Counted from the stretch's first letter, positions 26,161 through 41,237 are shown. The stretch is DNA of 64,000 nucleotides from Octopus vulgaris (GCA_951406725.2 OX597822.1:80786001-80850000), one strand, 5' to 3'. Made by a program: numbers and translations. The notes: generated from the sequence alone by a model not told the origin.

Positions 26161-27090
26161 GAGACACCTATATTTATATTGCAAATGTGTTGCAGCTGTA
26201 CTCTCTGAACCAAGTTAATCACTCCTAAATTTATATATTTGAATATCGGTTTAGAAATTGAAGAATACCATCAGAAGCCTCTATGCATTATTATACACAC
26301 TTCAAGTGTCCAGTTATTGCAGCTGCTCTCTTTACTGTAATTACTTCCTGGTTATGTCTAATTTGTCCATTCATTCCATGATCTCTCTCTCCCCCCCTCT
26401 CTCTCTCTGTCTCTCTTTCGCACATGACACTTGGTTTAATATTATTATTTGTTAGATCGTGTCATTATTCGTTATTCTTTCGGATTTGAGTTAATATTGT
26501 TGCTTTTGAGGCAGTTATTTTCGAGATGTCATTAACGTTTTCTTCAGCAAACCTATGACCAAACAAACAAACAGGTGAATAAATGAATAAAAACGTAAAT
26601 AAAACAAACCAGCTGACACTAACGTGATCGCTCGGCCTGCTGGAAATATCAAATAAATTTCCATTACATCGCACCTGAACGTCTGGAAAGTAATTAACGC
26701 ATGCAATATCACTTCCCATGCCATGCATTGCCTGGAATATAAGACCTGATGTCAACGACTGCAATGCTTTCAGTGTTATGTCTGTTAAGCTTTGCTGACC
26801 TCTTGCTAAACTATAATAACAGCTAAAACAACTCCAGCAGCTCAGACGTCGCACGTCGCTCATACAATTCGTTTCTTATGAGCAAAACCTTTGAAACACG
26901 AAATGGACACGACGTCCTAGTGTCTCATTTACCTAGAACGACAAAGACGTCCAGAAAATTCTAATGATGCTAACGTGCTTAGAAGGTTAAAAAGATCACT
27001 TTGCTGCCACCTGGTTTAGGGTTCCGTCCCGCTGCACTGCACTTTGACAAGTGGGTTATACATACATACATACATACATACATACATACA

Positions 27091-27140
<50 letters not shown>

Positions 27141-27175
27141 CATACATACGTAAATATATATATATATATATATAT

Positions 27176-27338
27176 ACGGAGAATTCACAAAAAAACAAAA
27201 GACGAAGACAGGTGGTGTAGACAACCAAGAGACATATTAGTTTAACGCTCGGGAAGTGAAAAAGTCTTTAACGTTTCGAGCCTACGCTCTTACACAGAAA
27301 GGATCACAGAAAAAAACAAGGAGAGAAAATAAAAATGC
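27176..27338 (-). mobile_element. Penelope-like terminal fragment with minimal hammerhead-like motif, beside (TA)n
   Basis: Minus 27301-27266 reads cttt-ctgtgta-a-gagc(gtag)gctc-gaaa-cgtt-aaag. Confidence 0.55.
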
Positions 27339-27364
27339 CTCTCTCTCTCTCTCTCTTCCTCTCT

Positions 27365-27440
<76 letters not shown>

Positions 27441-27443
<3 letters not shown>

Positions 27444-27850
27444 GGGTTGGACAAAATAATGGAAACACCTCCCATCATACCATCATAATTTTGAAATATC
27501 TATAAAACAGTCAAAACCTTGTTTATTTTTATGTTCTTGCTTAGTCTACTTGTAGAAATAACAGCAATATCACAAGCAATCCACACCTTTCTTGAACAAA
27601 GGACACACTGGGTAATGTATTCGGGAAAATGCAATGCCGCGAAAACCGGGAGAAACGACGAGGTGATCGACTGATAGCCATCCTGTGGTTTAAGGGGTTT
27701 AACGTTAAGCCAGAGAATTTAAACCTTCTGGAATGGAGTTGCTTTCTCACCAAAGTTAATCTCAGGGTTGCCTTCTTGCATCAATCTGTTTTATGCCTTT
27801 CTGTTATTTGTTCTTTATTTGTTGCAATCACTGGACAATAGCCATTCTGT
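27441..27850. mobile_element. Tc1-like element end fragment
   Basis: TA followed by caggggttggacaaaataatggaaacac, a Tc1-type terminus; no partner TIR seen. Confidence 0.55.
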
Positions 27851-27879
27851 GGAGGCGCTATGAAGTGATGAGTCGAACG

Positions 27880-28955
27880 ATTTGGCCCTCGTAATGTTGA
27901 TTTTTAGACTCCGGTACTTATATTTCGGTTCGTTTATTGAACCGCTAAATTACCGAGACAAAGCAACACCGGTTGTAAAGAGACGGTTGTGGAAAGAGGC
28001 AAACATTGCCACAAACATACACATACGTCGTCTGATCAGTAAGTATCCGGACTATTGCTATATTAACGACGCCAAAGCACGCAGAGTGAAGCCGAGTGGC
28101 ACAGATACACCTTGAAATCTGCTGTGGATGAGCACTATGTTTTACCGTCCTAGCTCTCTTCCGCTCTTTACAGCAATGTATGGAAGGACGATGTGCAACA
28201 TGTGATCGTTGCATTGACAATGGCAGAGAAAAATTTAGCAGAGAATCTGCATCAAATTTTGCCAAAAGCTTGGCGATACCTGCTCAGATGCCTACGCAAA
28301 GTTTACAAAAATGTCTTCATCGTTCTGAACCCAATCAAGGAGATCTTGTGCAACTGAAACCCGAGTGTCTTTTTCGACAACCGAAAGCAGTTTTAGCACA
28401 AACTTGGAAGACATACGTCTCATACCCAAATCTTCTGTGATAATGGACTGAACTGAACCGTAACTAATCTGCACATCCTCTGATAACTCACAGATGGTGA
28501 TTCGACGATTTCCCCACACAGCTGAACGCGCATCTGCGATCTTTTTCTCAGTTCTGCTGGTTGCGGGTCTCCCAAAGTGTTCGTCAACATGCGCGTTTCA
28601 ACTTTCTCTCTCATGGTCAATGCGACGATCACATGCTAGGCGACTTCCTTCAAAGTACTGTTGTGGGCAGCGAAAGTTAGAATTCAGTGCGCATGCACAG
28701 CAGAGTGCACGGTTAATCTGTGCCAAGTGACTTCACTCTGCATGCTTTAGCTTCGTTACTGTAGCAACAGTCCTGATACTTATTGTATAGGACGACCTTC
28801 AATTCCTGGTTCTGTCTTTCAAATTCACCGACAAGGTAGAGGTTGGTCAGGGGCTACAATAGAAAACACTCGGTCAACTTGCCACGCATTGGGACTGAAC
28901 ACGAAACCAAATGTATGCTAAGCGAACTTCTTAACTACACAGCCATACCTGCGCC
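27880..28955 (-). mobile_element. SINE family B split by a mariner MITE
   Basis: 3' half at 27880-28025; 5' half at 28797-28955 ending cacagccatacctgcgcct. Confidence 0.7.
28026..28796. mobile_element. Mariner-derived non-autonomous element with two opposed 5' ends
   Basis: ~200-bp diverged inverted arms; + arm encodes MAEK..QRICIKFCQKLGDT, - arm encodes GRPATSRT..NRRITICELSEDVQISYGSVQSIITEDLGMRRMSSKFV. Confidence 0.85.
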
Positions 28956-29434
28956 TTTGCCCTCTGTCGCATCAGTCAATGTCGAAGCACCTGTGCAGTC
29001 GATTGGCGCATCTTATACTTTTAGTCTCACATCGTAATAATAAACAAATATTATTGTAACAACTGCATACATTTCTCACTGCTGATTCTCTATCAGAGCT
29101 GGGAACTGAGCGAAAAGAATCACAAAAATAACAAGAAAATCAACAGCAACAGAAAACGTAAGAAGAGAGTGAATGGGAGAGGGAAAATGTGTTTTTTTTT
29201 CTTTTCTGTGCCATTGTATGGATCATGAGCGAACAGGATATGTGCTTGTGGATTTCCTTTTGTCATTGCATCTAGCCTGTGTCGCTAGTCTTGTACCTGC
29301 ATCTCATATATCGCGTAGGATGTGATACGTTTTAGTCTTAAGAACATGCGTGCGCGTGCGGTTGTGTGTCTGTGTCTATCTATTTATCTAACATTCTTAC
29401 TTTCTTTTCTCTCTTTTCCTCTCTCTCTCTCTCT

Positions 29435-29483
<49 letters not shown>

Positions 29484-29551
29484 CAACATAGAGAGAGAGA
29501 GAGACATATCTAGATGTGTAAGTGTACATATATAAATATATGTTATATCAT

Positions 29552-29614
<63 letters not shown>

Positions 29615-29899
29615 AAGCTATATATGCACACACAGACACATACACATATATATATATGTACACCAGTGAAGCTATAACTCGCGTAATATTACACTTCATT
29701 ATTATACTAAGTCGTATTACAACATTATCAATTTGAAACCTGCACATGGAAATGAAAATAAACCATCCATTTTTATTTTAATTACCCAGGTATCAAATTT
29801 CTCCTTTTTGGCATAATTACTGTTCGATGTTGGATAATGTTCACTGGTTCGTATCGTCATTCATGCGTGATATTGCATGTAATATTAGTTTTTATAGAA

Positions 29900-30545
29900 A
29901 GGCGGTGAGCGGGCAGCAACGTTAGCATGCAGTGCGCGGTGCTTAGCAGCATTTCGTCCTTCTTTACGCCGTGAGTTCACATTCCGCCGCGGTCTACTTA
30001 GCATTTTATTCTTTCGAAATCGATAAAATATATGCGAGTTGATCACCGGGATCGATGTAATCGATTACACCTTCCGCCAAATAGATTAGTCTTATTTCTA
30101 AATCTGAAACCAATATTGCCGTTAAGTGTTCCTGTTGGCCTACACTCAATATTATATTTTTAGATGAGATAGTGAGCTGGCAGAAACGTTAGCGCATCAC
30201 AGAAATTCTTCTGTCTCTTTAGGTTCTGAGTTCAAATTCCGCCGTGCTTCACTTTACCGTTTTTCCTTTCATCCTAATAAACCAGTTGATTAATGGGGTC
30301 GGTTAATCAATTTTCCCCCCTCTCAACACTACTGACCTTGGACCAAAATTAGGAAGGAATATTTCTTTCTACGATAGACACAAAGCCTGAAATGTTAGAG
30401 TAGGGTTTTGTCCATTATATAGACCCCCTCCCATGCTCAATTAGTTCTCACGCTATCCACTCCTTCGTGGACATCGGTGGGATTTGAACACAGAACATGA
30501 AGACGGACAAAATGCTGCTAAGCATTTCGTCCCGTGTACTAACTG
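29900..30545. mobile_element. Three diverged family A SINEs (+,+,-)
   Basis: ggcggtgagcgggcagcaacgttagc at 29901; gtgagctggcagaaacgttagc at ~30172; minus copy ~30375-30545. Confidence 0.75.
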
Positions 30546-31125
30546 TAAAACAGCGTACTACTGTGAATGTAGAGGTCAGTAAAGGGACAACAGGAAAACA
30601 CATCAACTACAAAACATCGCATGTTTGCAAATTGACACCTGGAGAAGTAAAACCATTCGGTCCAACCTATTACGGTCGACGGAGTTTGTGCGTAATGTTT
30701 TGGGGTAATTCAGACAGTAAATGCGAGTGAGTACATGTATGTATGCATTTGTTAAGATAGATGAGTAGGTAGCCGTCTATGTAAAAAAAGAATGGCCAAC
30801 CGTTAACAACACATTTCCTCTAACCCTTTGATTAGCTTTCTTGTATTTGAAAACGGAAATCTTTCCCGAAATATCATAAAATCATGAAACAACTATGTAG
30901 TCTAATGCAATAACTTTATGGACGTCAAATCAAATAATTCGTGAAACTTTCAACCAGTATTAATCAAAGTTTTTTCAAACAATTTTATGATTTACACTTT
31001 GAAAACCTAAGCAAATTGCAACACTAACATATATACATACATACATATACATATACATACATGCATACACACATACATACATCCATACATACATACATAC
31101 ATACATACATACATACATACATACA

Positions 31126-31157
<32 letters not shown>

Positions 31158-32564
31158 CGTACACGCACACGCACAGACACTCACACACATACAAATACGC
31201 ATCCTCTTACATAATACAGAGATTCACTCTTTACATTTCATTCACACACGTAAACATCATTCATAGCTCCGTCTAATTTAATTAGTCATGGAGCACACTC
31301 AAGGGACAAATGCGTCGTTTCGATGAATTAACACGCACAACGTATGGCCCGTGTTAGTCTAGATACCAAGGACATATAATATATGTATTTGTGTGTATGC
31401 GTGTATGTTCTGAGTGGTTTGGGTGTTTGTTATATATGCAGACGTATCGAACTATATTTGCGATATATACACTTCAAACCGTCTAAAATCACAGTCTGTT
31501 GTTGACAGATTGCCTGTAGTTGTACAGTGACGTGCTGATATTAGGAGGTGAGCGGTGAAGATATACGTTCTAAAGACTACTTCTAGACATAACATGACAT
31601 TGTGATATTGATATATATTAACAGCGATATAATTACATTATCGCTATCATAACACACCGTGATTTTCTAATGGCATCATGTTTTATTTTTTCCTTCATGA
31701 ACATTACTCTGTTATATTTTTCTTCGACATATGGCGAGTAAGTATCCAGCAGGATGTTACTTATATTTTGTTATTCTAATGTTAAATAAAGACGGAAAAC
31801 GATAAGTTTTTTTCTGTTAGACGAGACATTTGTTCTTTGTTAACGTTGAGCTACTGCGAGGGTAAACTGAACTTCGACAGAGTAGATTTGTGGAATATTC
31901 TTCGATTATGAAATTTCTCTCGGAGTCTATGTATGTGCTTCTTCATGGCAGCTCGTCCTGCTAGAAAGAATTGTCAACTCATTCTCAAATCCCACTCGCA
32001 TGCACATGTTGTCTGAAACATTTGAAAGATAATATTGTCCTGGATAATATTATATAAAGAGTATTTAAAAAACGAACCACTTAATGAATTAAAGGTTTTG
32101 ACACAGAGGTACATAAAGTCGATCAGAAGTGACCTGGAATTAAATAACAACATCGCAACAATAACAAGAAGAATAACAACAAAAAGAAACACCAATTCTC
32201 TTGAAGGGCTGCTGCTACAATTGGTTCCAGTTTGAACAATTGAAGCACTTCACAGTACATTACAGGGAATATCTTCAGCCACGGTATTTCCTATGTCAAC
32301 CCACAAAACTGCAAGCATGAAAGATTAAGATGTTTTTATTCGTTATATATTCCCTCTTCTTAATGCATGACTAAGTAGTTTTTTAAGATTGAACCCGGTA
32401 GCATATTTTGATATATTTGTAAACAGTTTCCTCTTGTACTCATGATAAAGTCCCCAAACAGTTTCACCTTTTGTGATATATACATGCACACACACACATA
32501 TATGGATATATAAATGTATTATATATGTATATATATAATACATATATATAAATGTATATATATG

Positions 32565-32605
<41 letters not shown>

Positions 32606-33407
32606 ATGTACATGTGTCAGTGCGTATCTGTGTATCTACGTTTGTGTATGTATACATATATGTACACACATACACACACACCCATATACATACACATATA
32701 TCTATTTATATACGTATATGAATCTATAGTTTATTATTCCATTGAGGTAAGATCAACAAAAAAGCCCTTGTGCCCAGAGCCAGAAGATTACAAGTAAATA
32801 CAAGGCGTGTTAGAAAAACCTGCCTAGACACGCATCTCCAAAGTAAGAGTCCATTGGTAGCTCGTTTCTTCATATTGTGTAAATTAAAGTTCGAGGCAGA
32901 ACCATACTTATGTTATTGGCCGAGGGACGGTAAAATGCAAAATCGACATCGGTCTGACTGGAACTCACAATTGTCAGGAATTTCCAAAGCTTTTGATCTC
33001 CGTGCTCAAAGCAACAACATCCCAGTTATTATTTCGCTTCTATCATTCAGTCACCGCCCTTGAAATTTGGCTGGCAAAGAAATTTGTGAATAAGGGGAAG
33101 AAGGATAGAGGTGAATGGAATAAAGAAACCTTTTTGGTGGAAGAGAAATTGGGAGAGATTGCTGCGAGATTGAGAATGATAACGACAGGAAAGCGTATCA
33201 AGAGAACACAAGAGAGAACGGTAGAGGAAATTGACAAAGTGGGAGGGAGAGAGACAGGGAGTAAAATAGAGAAAGATAGGGAGAGATAGGGAGTAAGAAA
33301 GAAAATTAAGGAATGGATGAAAGAGAAGATTAAAACGTGTGTGTGAAGAAGGAAAGTGATTGAGTCGAATGTGTATATTCTGTGTGTGTGTGTGTGTGTG
33401 TATGCGC

Positions 33408-33440
<33 letters not shown>

Positions 33441-33461
33441 TGTGTGTGTGTGTGTATTTAT

Positions 33462-33497
<36 letters not shown>

Positions 33498-33498
33498 A

Positions 33499-34100
33499 AG
33501 GCGGGCAAGCTAGTAGAATTGTTAGCGCGTCGACTAAAATGTTTAAGGCGGCGAGCTGACAGAAACGTTAGCACGCCGGGCTAAATACATAGCGGTATTT
33601 CGTCTGCCGCTACGTTCTGAGTTCAAATTCCGCCGAGGTCGACTTTGCCTTTCATCCTTTCGGGGTCGATAAATTAAGTACCAGTTACGCACTGGGGTCG
33701 ATGTAATCGATTTAATACCTATGTCTGTCCTTGTTTGTCCCCTCTATGTTTAGCCCCTTGTGGGTAATAAATAAATAGAAATAGGTATTTCGTCTGCCGC
33801 TACGTTCTGAGGTCAAATTCCGCCGAGGTCGACTTTGCCTTTCATCCTTCCGGGGTCGAAAAATTAAGTACCAGTTACGCACTGGGGTCGATATAATCGA
33901 CTTAATGCCTATGTCTGTCCTTGTTTGTCCCCTCTGTGTTTAGCCCCTTGTGGGTAATAAAGACATAGGTATTTCTTCCGTCTATTTACGTTCTCACTTC
34001 TGAGAAGGAGCTCAATAAAATGAAGTACGCCCCCCACCCCCAAATTAGCGTTTATGTAATCGAATTGTTCCTTGCCCACAAAATTTCTCATCTCGTATCT
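33499..34100 (+). mobile_element. Nested/tandem family A SINE array
   Basis: Old head 33499-33545, young full copy 33546-33783, second body 33784-33967, then a diverged remainder. Confidence 0.9.
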
Positions 34101-34247
34101 TTTTCAACGGAACTGCGTTAGTTGAGAAGTAAAACTTGATTTCGTTGAGATGCACGCCATGGAAACGCGCTTATGGATCCTAGGGTTCCAGAGAGAGAGG
34201 AGAACAATATGTATCAAAGTGTGTGAGCAAGAGAAATCGTGGTACTA

Positions 34248-34284
<37 letters not shown>

Positions 34285-34616
34285 TGATGCAGAGAAAGAA
34301 ACTGTGAGACAATGCTTTTTTAGAAGCTTACGCAATCGTATGGTGAGATCCACAGGGGGCTATTAAATCTTCCGGTCAAATTCAAGTGTGGTGTTATTGT
34401 TTCCACCGCCATGTCAAGAATGGTTTCATTGCATGTAAAACCATCATTTTAATATCTCCAAACCAATTTCATTAGACGCTGTACACACAAGTGCATTCCG
34501 CTGGTGCTGTCGCTGGCGTAATTTGACGATCATTTCACCTTTAGACACTTGCTGTGAAAGAAAATTGGTTGCTGCCGAACAATGTTGCATCAGATATTTG
34601 CAATTCTTCACAGAAA

Positions 34617-34655
<39 letters not shown>

Positions 34656-34673
34656 CTACATATATATATATAT

Positions 34674-34720
<47 letters not shown>

Positions 34721-35311
34721 TATACACATACGTACATACATACACACACACATACATACATACATTTATACATATATATATATATGTGTATATATATATA
34801 TATATACATACACTCACATACACACACACGCACACACAAATATATATATATATATATATACACATATATAAATTTGAACCAGCTTTTGAAAAATCCGATA
34901 AGAGAAGAAAGCACTAAAAATGTAATTAAGATGTAAATAAAAATATATATATATATAATCAACCACTATTCTGACTACCTTATTGTTCTAAATATATAAT
35001 GTCTGTACATTACTACAACCGGCCCCCCTCTTCTTTCTACATATATATATATATATATATGTGCGTGTGTGTGTGTATGTGTATCGTTACTATTATATGA
35101 AACTGCCCTAATGCCGCTTTTCAATATATATTTTTGCTTGTAATAGCCATTTCTTTTGGTCAGACTATCGTATCTCCAGCTCCTTCAGATAGCATGGTAT
35201 CAAAAATTGTCAAAGTGTAGTACAACAGTTTTACTATGGATAGTGAAACTAGTTATTCCTTTTCAGAAAAAGTAACGTTTTGGACTTACGACACTTTTGC
35301 ATTATAGCAAC

Positions 35312-35392
<81 letters not shown>

Positions 35393-35418
35393 TTGTGTGT
35401 GTGTATAGGGAGAGTTGA

Positions 35419-35486
<68 letters not shown>

Positions 35487-36059
35487 TAATGTTTTGTATA
35501 TTTTAAAAAATACAACATTACACTGAAAGATACTCAATGCACTTACAGTACATTTTTATTAAACTTTTGACAAGAAGCGGGGAGACTGTGACTTCGAAGT
35601 TCCAGCATATTAACCCTATTTTGACTATATACATATATATATGTGTGTGTGTATATATATATATATGTAGTAAAGTATATATATGTGTATATATATATAT
35701 TAAATTATATGTATATATATAAACATAAATGTATGTGTTATGTATGTATGTAAGCATGTTTATATATATGCAAAAATATACATAGCTTTGTCGGTATGTA
35801 TGAATATTCAGACATACCCATATACAGACAGACATATATGCAATATAGAATTTATATTTCTTAATTCGGCTCAAAGCCAAAGAAATTTGAATGAGAGACA
35901 GTCCAATAAATCAGACCTAAAACTTCAGACGGGCTATAAGTTATGGCCTCCCCAACTTTCATGAATGAAATACGAAATAAACTTATACAGACATTAATAT
36001 TAATTAAATGGGAAAAGTATTTCAAAGAAATTCTGACTTATCCTGCTTACGCGTATGCA

Positions 36060-36135
<76 letters not shown>

Positions 36136-36248
36136 CATGCGTGCGTGTGTGTATGAATGTGTATGTGTGTTTGTGTGTGTGAGCGTGTGTGTGTGTATAA
36201 TATACATATGTACATATTTATATATATGTGCATGTATGTATACATCTG

Positions 36249-36297
<49 letters not shown>

Positions 36298-37169
36298 ATA
36301 TATATATATGTATAGAAACATATATATGTTTGTACATATGCATATATACATATATACATATCTACGCACGCGTGCACACACACCTACGCACACAAATACA
36401 CATACATACAAACGCACACACATATATCTATTTATATACACGCTAACACTCTCTTATGGATAAGATAAAAGATGTAAAAAGACTTTCCCACGTGACCTGT
36501 GTTCGGTGCATGAAATTCAATTAATTTAATTTTCTTAGATGTGAATTTAACTCAATTAATACACACACACGTCCCCACTCACTCATTCATATATGCATGT
36601 ATAATATATTTGTATATAAACATGCAAATATAATCATGTGTGGCGTTGTGTACATTCGTGCGTGAGCTGCATTGCGTTTGTTGCACGTATATATTGTGAG
36701 ATATATGTTGCAAAAAATTAGTCTCTTTCACAATTAAATATTCATATTTTTTAATGTATTTCTAAGTTGTTTTTTTCTTTTCATTTACATACATAGATTT
36801 AATCTATCATTTATTTAAACAAACTATCAGTCTTTCGATTAAGTTATTTATTTAGTTTCAGCGTTGCTACAACTTTTTTTATCGACCCTGCAACGATGAA
36901 AGCCAAGCTCGACCTCGGCGGAATTTCAATTCAGAGTGTAATGAAGTGTAACTTCTAATGCAAATTATTTGCTTGAGCGGTAATGTAATTCAGCCATTGA
37001 TCGACATTCATATTATATTGTAACAGATCATAGTTCTTGAACGCTAATAATTTCATGCTTCCTGGAAAAAGGAAAGGTAAAATTATCTTAGCTTGATTTG
37101 AACTCATAGCAAAAATGGACAGGATTAGGTCCGTCACTCTCTTGATTCTGCCAGCCGTCTATTAAATTA

Positions 37170-37595
37170 TTGGTTTTAAATTTTGGCACAATGTCAGCAA
37201 TTTCTGGGGTGAAGGTAAGTTGATTACATTGACCCCAGTTATTTCATCGATCCCGAAAAGATGAATGTAAAGTCGACTTCGACGGTATTTGAACACAGAG
37301 GATAAAGACCGACGGAAAACCGCTAAGCATTTTCCCTATCGTGCTAACGATTCTGCCGGCTTAGCGCCTTAACTTCCCATTAAATTATTGGATTTGATAC
37401 ACCTTTCTAATCGTGGCAAAATGCCTGGAACGCCGATGGGTAGGAACAAGTCGATTAGACTGACACAGTGTGTTGCTTATTTTATCGACCCCCGAAGGAA
37501 TGAAATGCAAAGGTGACTCCAGCGCAATCTGAGTTGATACCGTTGAGGCAGAATAAATGCATTGTGTCAAGTGAGCTCTCGATTCTGCCAGCTGA
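37170..37595 (-). mobile_element. Two family A SINEs
   Basis: cgatcccgaaaagatgaatgtaaagtcgac..gctaacgattctgcc; second copy ~37400-37595. Confidence 0.7.
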
Positions 37596-37997
37596 ACGTC
37601 TTTGTGACATTTAACACTAATAAACAAATTAATTCGCAGCGGTGTCAGAGCAATGTATGATACGTCTTCAGGCCTGAAGGCGCTTGATGTAAAGAATTGA
37701 GTATGAAGTTCAGAAAGTAACCATTCTTTGCTGTAAAAGATTTAGGTTATTCAGCACTTATTCGTGAAGAAACTATGTAAAGGTAATTGAAAGTTTTTTC
37801 TGGTAGTATCATTTATCTTTGATCAGTTTTAGTTTTACTTATCCAGCCAATGAACTGCGACCATGCTGGCGCGCAGTCTTGCAGAGTTTAGTAACAAAAA
37901 TCGAATCCAGTAATTATTTTTTAAGCCTGGTACATATTCTATTGCTACCAATTGTCGAACCACTAAGTTACGTATTTGTAGACTAACCGTAGATTAT

Positions 37998-38072
37998 CGT
38001 TCCTTAGTGAGCTTGATCTACCAACCTTTCGAGTAACTGCCGAAAGCGCCAACCAGTTGAGCCCGTAGAGAC
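37998..38072 (-). pseudogene. tRNA-Asn(GTT) pseudogene
   Basis: Minus strand GTCTCTACGGGCTCAACTGGTTGGCGCTTTCGGCAGTTACTCGAAAGGTTGGTAGATCAAGCTCACTAAGGAACG follows metazoan tRNA-Asn; T loop and acceptor stem mutated. Confidence 0.75.
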
Positions 38073-38747
38073 TGGTATATGTTTCATTAAATATGCGAAG
38101 TTATTGAGGAAGGCGTTTCATGGACATTTTCTATAAATAGCAATCAAATGTCTTTTTGTGTTACTTACAAACTAAAGGTGCACATTCCTAGCCAATCTTA
38201 TCCACGAGCTGATCAAGATTTATTATGAAGAAAAGAATATTTTTCATCATGATACCCTCTGGACTAGCGTCCGCTGTGAAAACCTTCAAACATGTCACTC
38301 GCTTCTCTTCCAAGGCACATCGTTTCTCTGTTTATTTCCTCTTAATTATAACTCTTTTTTCTAATAGCTTTTTTCCTCCAATTGTTGTTCTCTGAACCTC
38401 ACATTCACATGTTTTTTTTTTTCTATGATAAATTTTCTGCTGACATAGACAGCTTTTGAATTCGTACATCACTTTTCTTTACTTCTTAGTAGCTTCCTAC
38501 GGTCGTGGTTTCAAGCCTTCTTTGGAACAAAATAGATTTTTAAAAATAGTTACCGGAAATCATAATAGATCTCCCCAGGCAGGAATAATCGCTAAACACT
38601 AACACAAACAATAAATGTAAATAAATCCGTAAGGCAATCGACGAAAAACAGGTCTTAATATTCCCCCAGAAATTTATATTGTCGGTATTTCTTTTGTATC
38701 TTCATATCCTTCTGCAGAATAAAGATGTTTTTATATTAACTAATATA

Positions 38748-39495
<748 letters not shown>

Positions 39496-39589
39496 AAGAA
39501 TAATTAATGAATTTGAAAGAACAAAGAAGTAAGGTCAAACCGTATACCAGGATGTTGAAATTATAACGGTTTAACCATTCCTTTTAGCA

Positions 39590-40265
39590 CTTTTAATTGT
39601 TTCGGTCATTAGATTCCGATCAAGCAGGGGTATATATCGAAGACTTTTCTACGAAACACTCGAAGACTCGACCCTAGTACGTAATTTTTCTTAAGTCTGG
39701 TATTCCTATTTTGCCAATGAACTGATAGCATACATACACAATGAATCGACTTAAGAATAGAAGGTGCCGCGGACATAAGGCCACAATTAAGACCTGCTTC
39801 ATGAAATTACCACATTTCAGTGAATGCATAACCACAACTATCCGCAGAGCAATGCACAGACCTATCACCGATGAAGGACTGGGCATACAGTTAGCACACT
39901 CCGCTCGTTCTCTGCGTGGATACCTGTATAAAAAGCAATCCAGAGACAACAACGAGTACTATTTTGCTGAAGTTACGGGATCGTAAACACACCAGCACAA
40001 GTTGTCAAGTAGTTGGACACACACAGACACACAGACACGCACACACACACACACAAACACACACATGCACACACATATATATAAATGTATATATATGTAT
40101 ATGTATTAAGGCGGGCTACATTCAGTCTCTAACTACGAAATTCCCTCGGAAGGTTTTTAGTCGACGCGCGGCTTTAGTGGAAGACAGCTGCCCTGGGTGC
40201 CACGCAGTGGGGTCGAACATGGAACCATGTAGTTGCAAAGCAAGCTTCTTACTACGCAGCCAGGT
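39590..40265 (-). mobile_element. SINE family B interrupted by a ~245-bp insert
   Basis: Tail at 39590-39714; remainder at 39959-40265 (gccacgcagtggggtcgaacatggaaccatgt). Confidence 0.65.
39715..39958 (+). mobile_element. Possible Penelope ORF fragment (RT to GIY-YIG linker)
   Basis: TCFMKLPHFSECITTTIRRAM..EGLGIQLAHSARSLRGYL resembles recalled PLE linker sequences; flanked by the direct repeat ctattttgc. Confidence 0.4.
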
Positions 40266-41237
40266 TGGCACCTATATACACAGATGTGTGTGTGTGCGTG
40301 TGTGTGTGTGTGTGTATTTGTGCGTGTTTGTGCGTATGTGCATGTATGTGTGTGAGAGTATATGTACGTGTGTTCCTATTTTTTGTGTGTGAGTGTGTTT
40401 GAGAGAGACAGACAGACAAAGAGCATGCGCTTATGTCTTTTTGCGAGTGTGGTGTGTATCTGTGTACTAACCATGGGACCTAACTTCTCAGATGCAACAG
40501 AATCTTATTAAATAGAGCAATATGTGTCCTTTTTACATATTTATTCATAACCTGCACGATATAATATCCAGCTGCGATCGTAGCACAATTATGTAAATGT
40601 GTTATGCGACATATAGTCGTATTTACATATTTAATAAGTAGATCAAAGCCGAACGCGTTCCAGAAACACATATTTATTAAAGCTAATCATATCAAAACAC
40701 CACGTACACATATACAGTTATTCATAGTTCGCACTGCATTATTGGACTAGTTACTAATATATGAAGACTAGCTATTTTGACCTGTGCTTTGCTCGAGTTT
40801 TGGTGGTGGTGTTGTTTTGTGCGTGTTGTCTCCTTTTCCTTTTCTTCGTTTGTTCGTCTTCTTTGCGTGGTTCTTTTTATTGCCCTCTTCTTTACCCCCA
40901 TTTCCAAAATCTCCCCAAAATGTTTACCCCCACAATTAAAGATAGCCACCTCTAGTCCCTGTAGCAACACGAAAAGCTACCATTATTCAAACAGCGCAAC
41001 CTGTCTATACCATAAAACTCAGTTTTTCCCATATTCCTCACCATGGCAACCAAACGGGAGGCCCGAGCGACTTGCAACCCTCCTCACACCATTGCTCATC
41101 CTATTTACCCCCAGTGTAAATTTTGGCGTCAATCCGACCCCATCTACCGCCCCTTAAACCGTTCCCATCCCAAAATGAGACAAATAACCAAGAAATCAAA
41201 CAACGTTTTCACATTTCAGCTTTATAGATATTGATAG

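Noticed and set aside
38140-38460. Possible pogo/Tigger transposase relic
   Set aside because: No motif could be recovered with confidence
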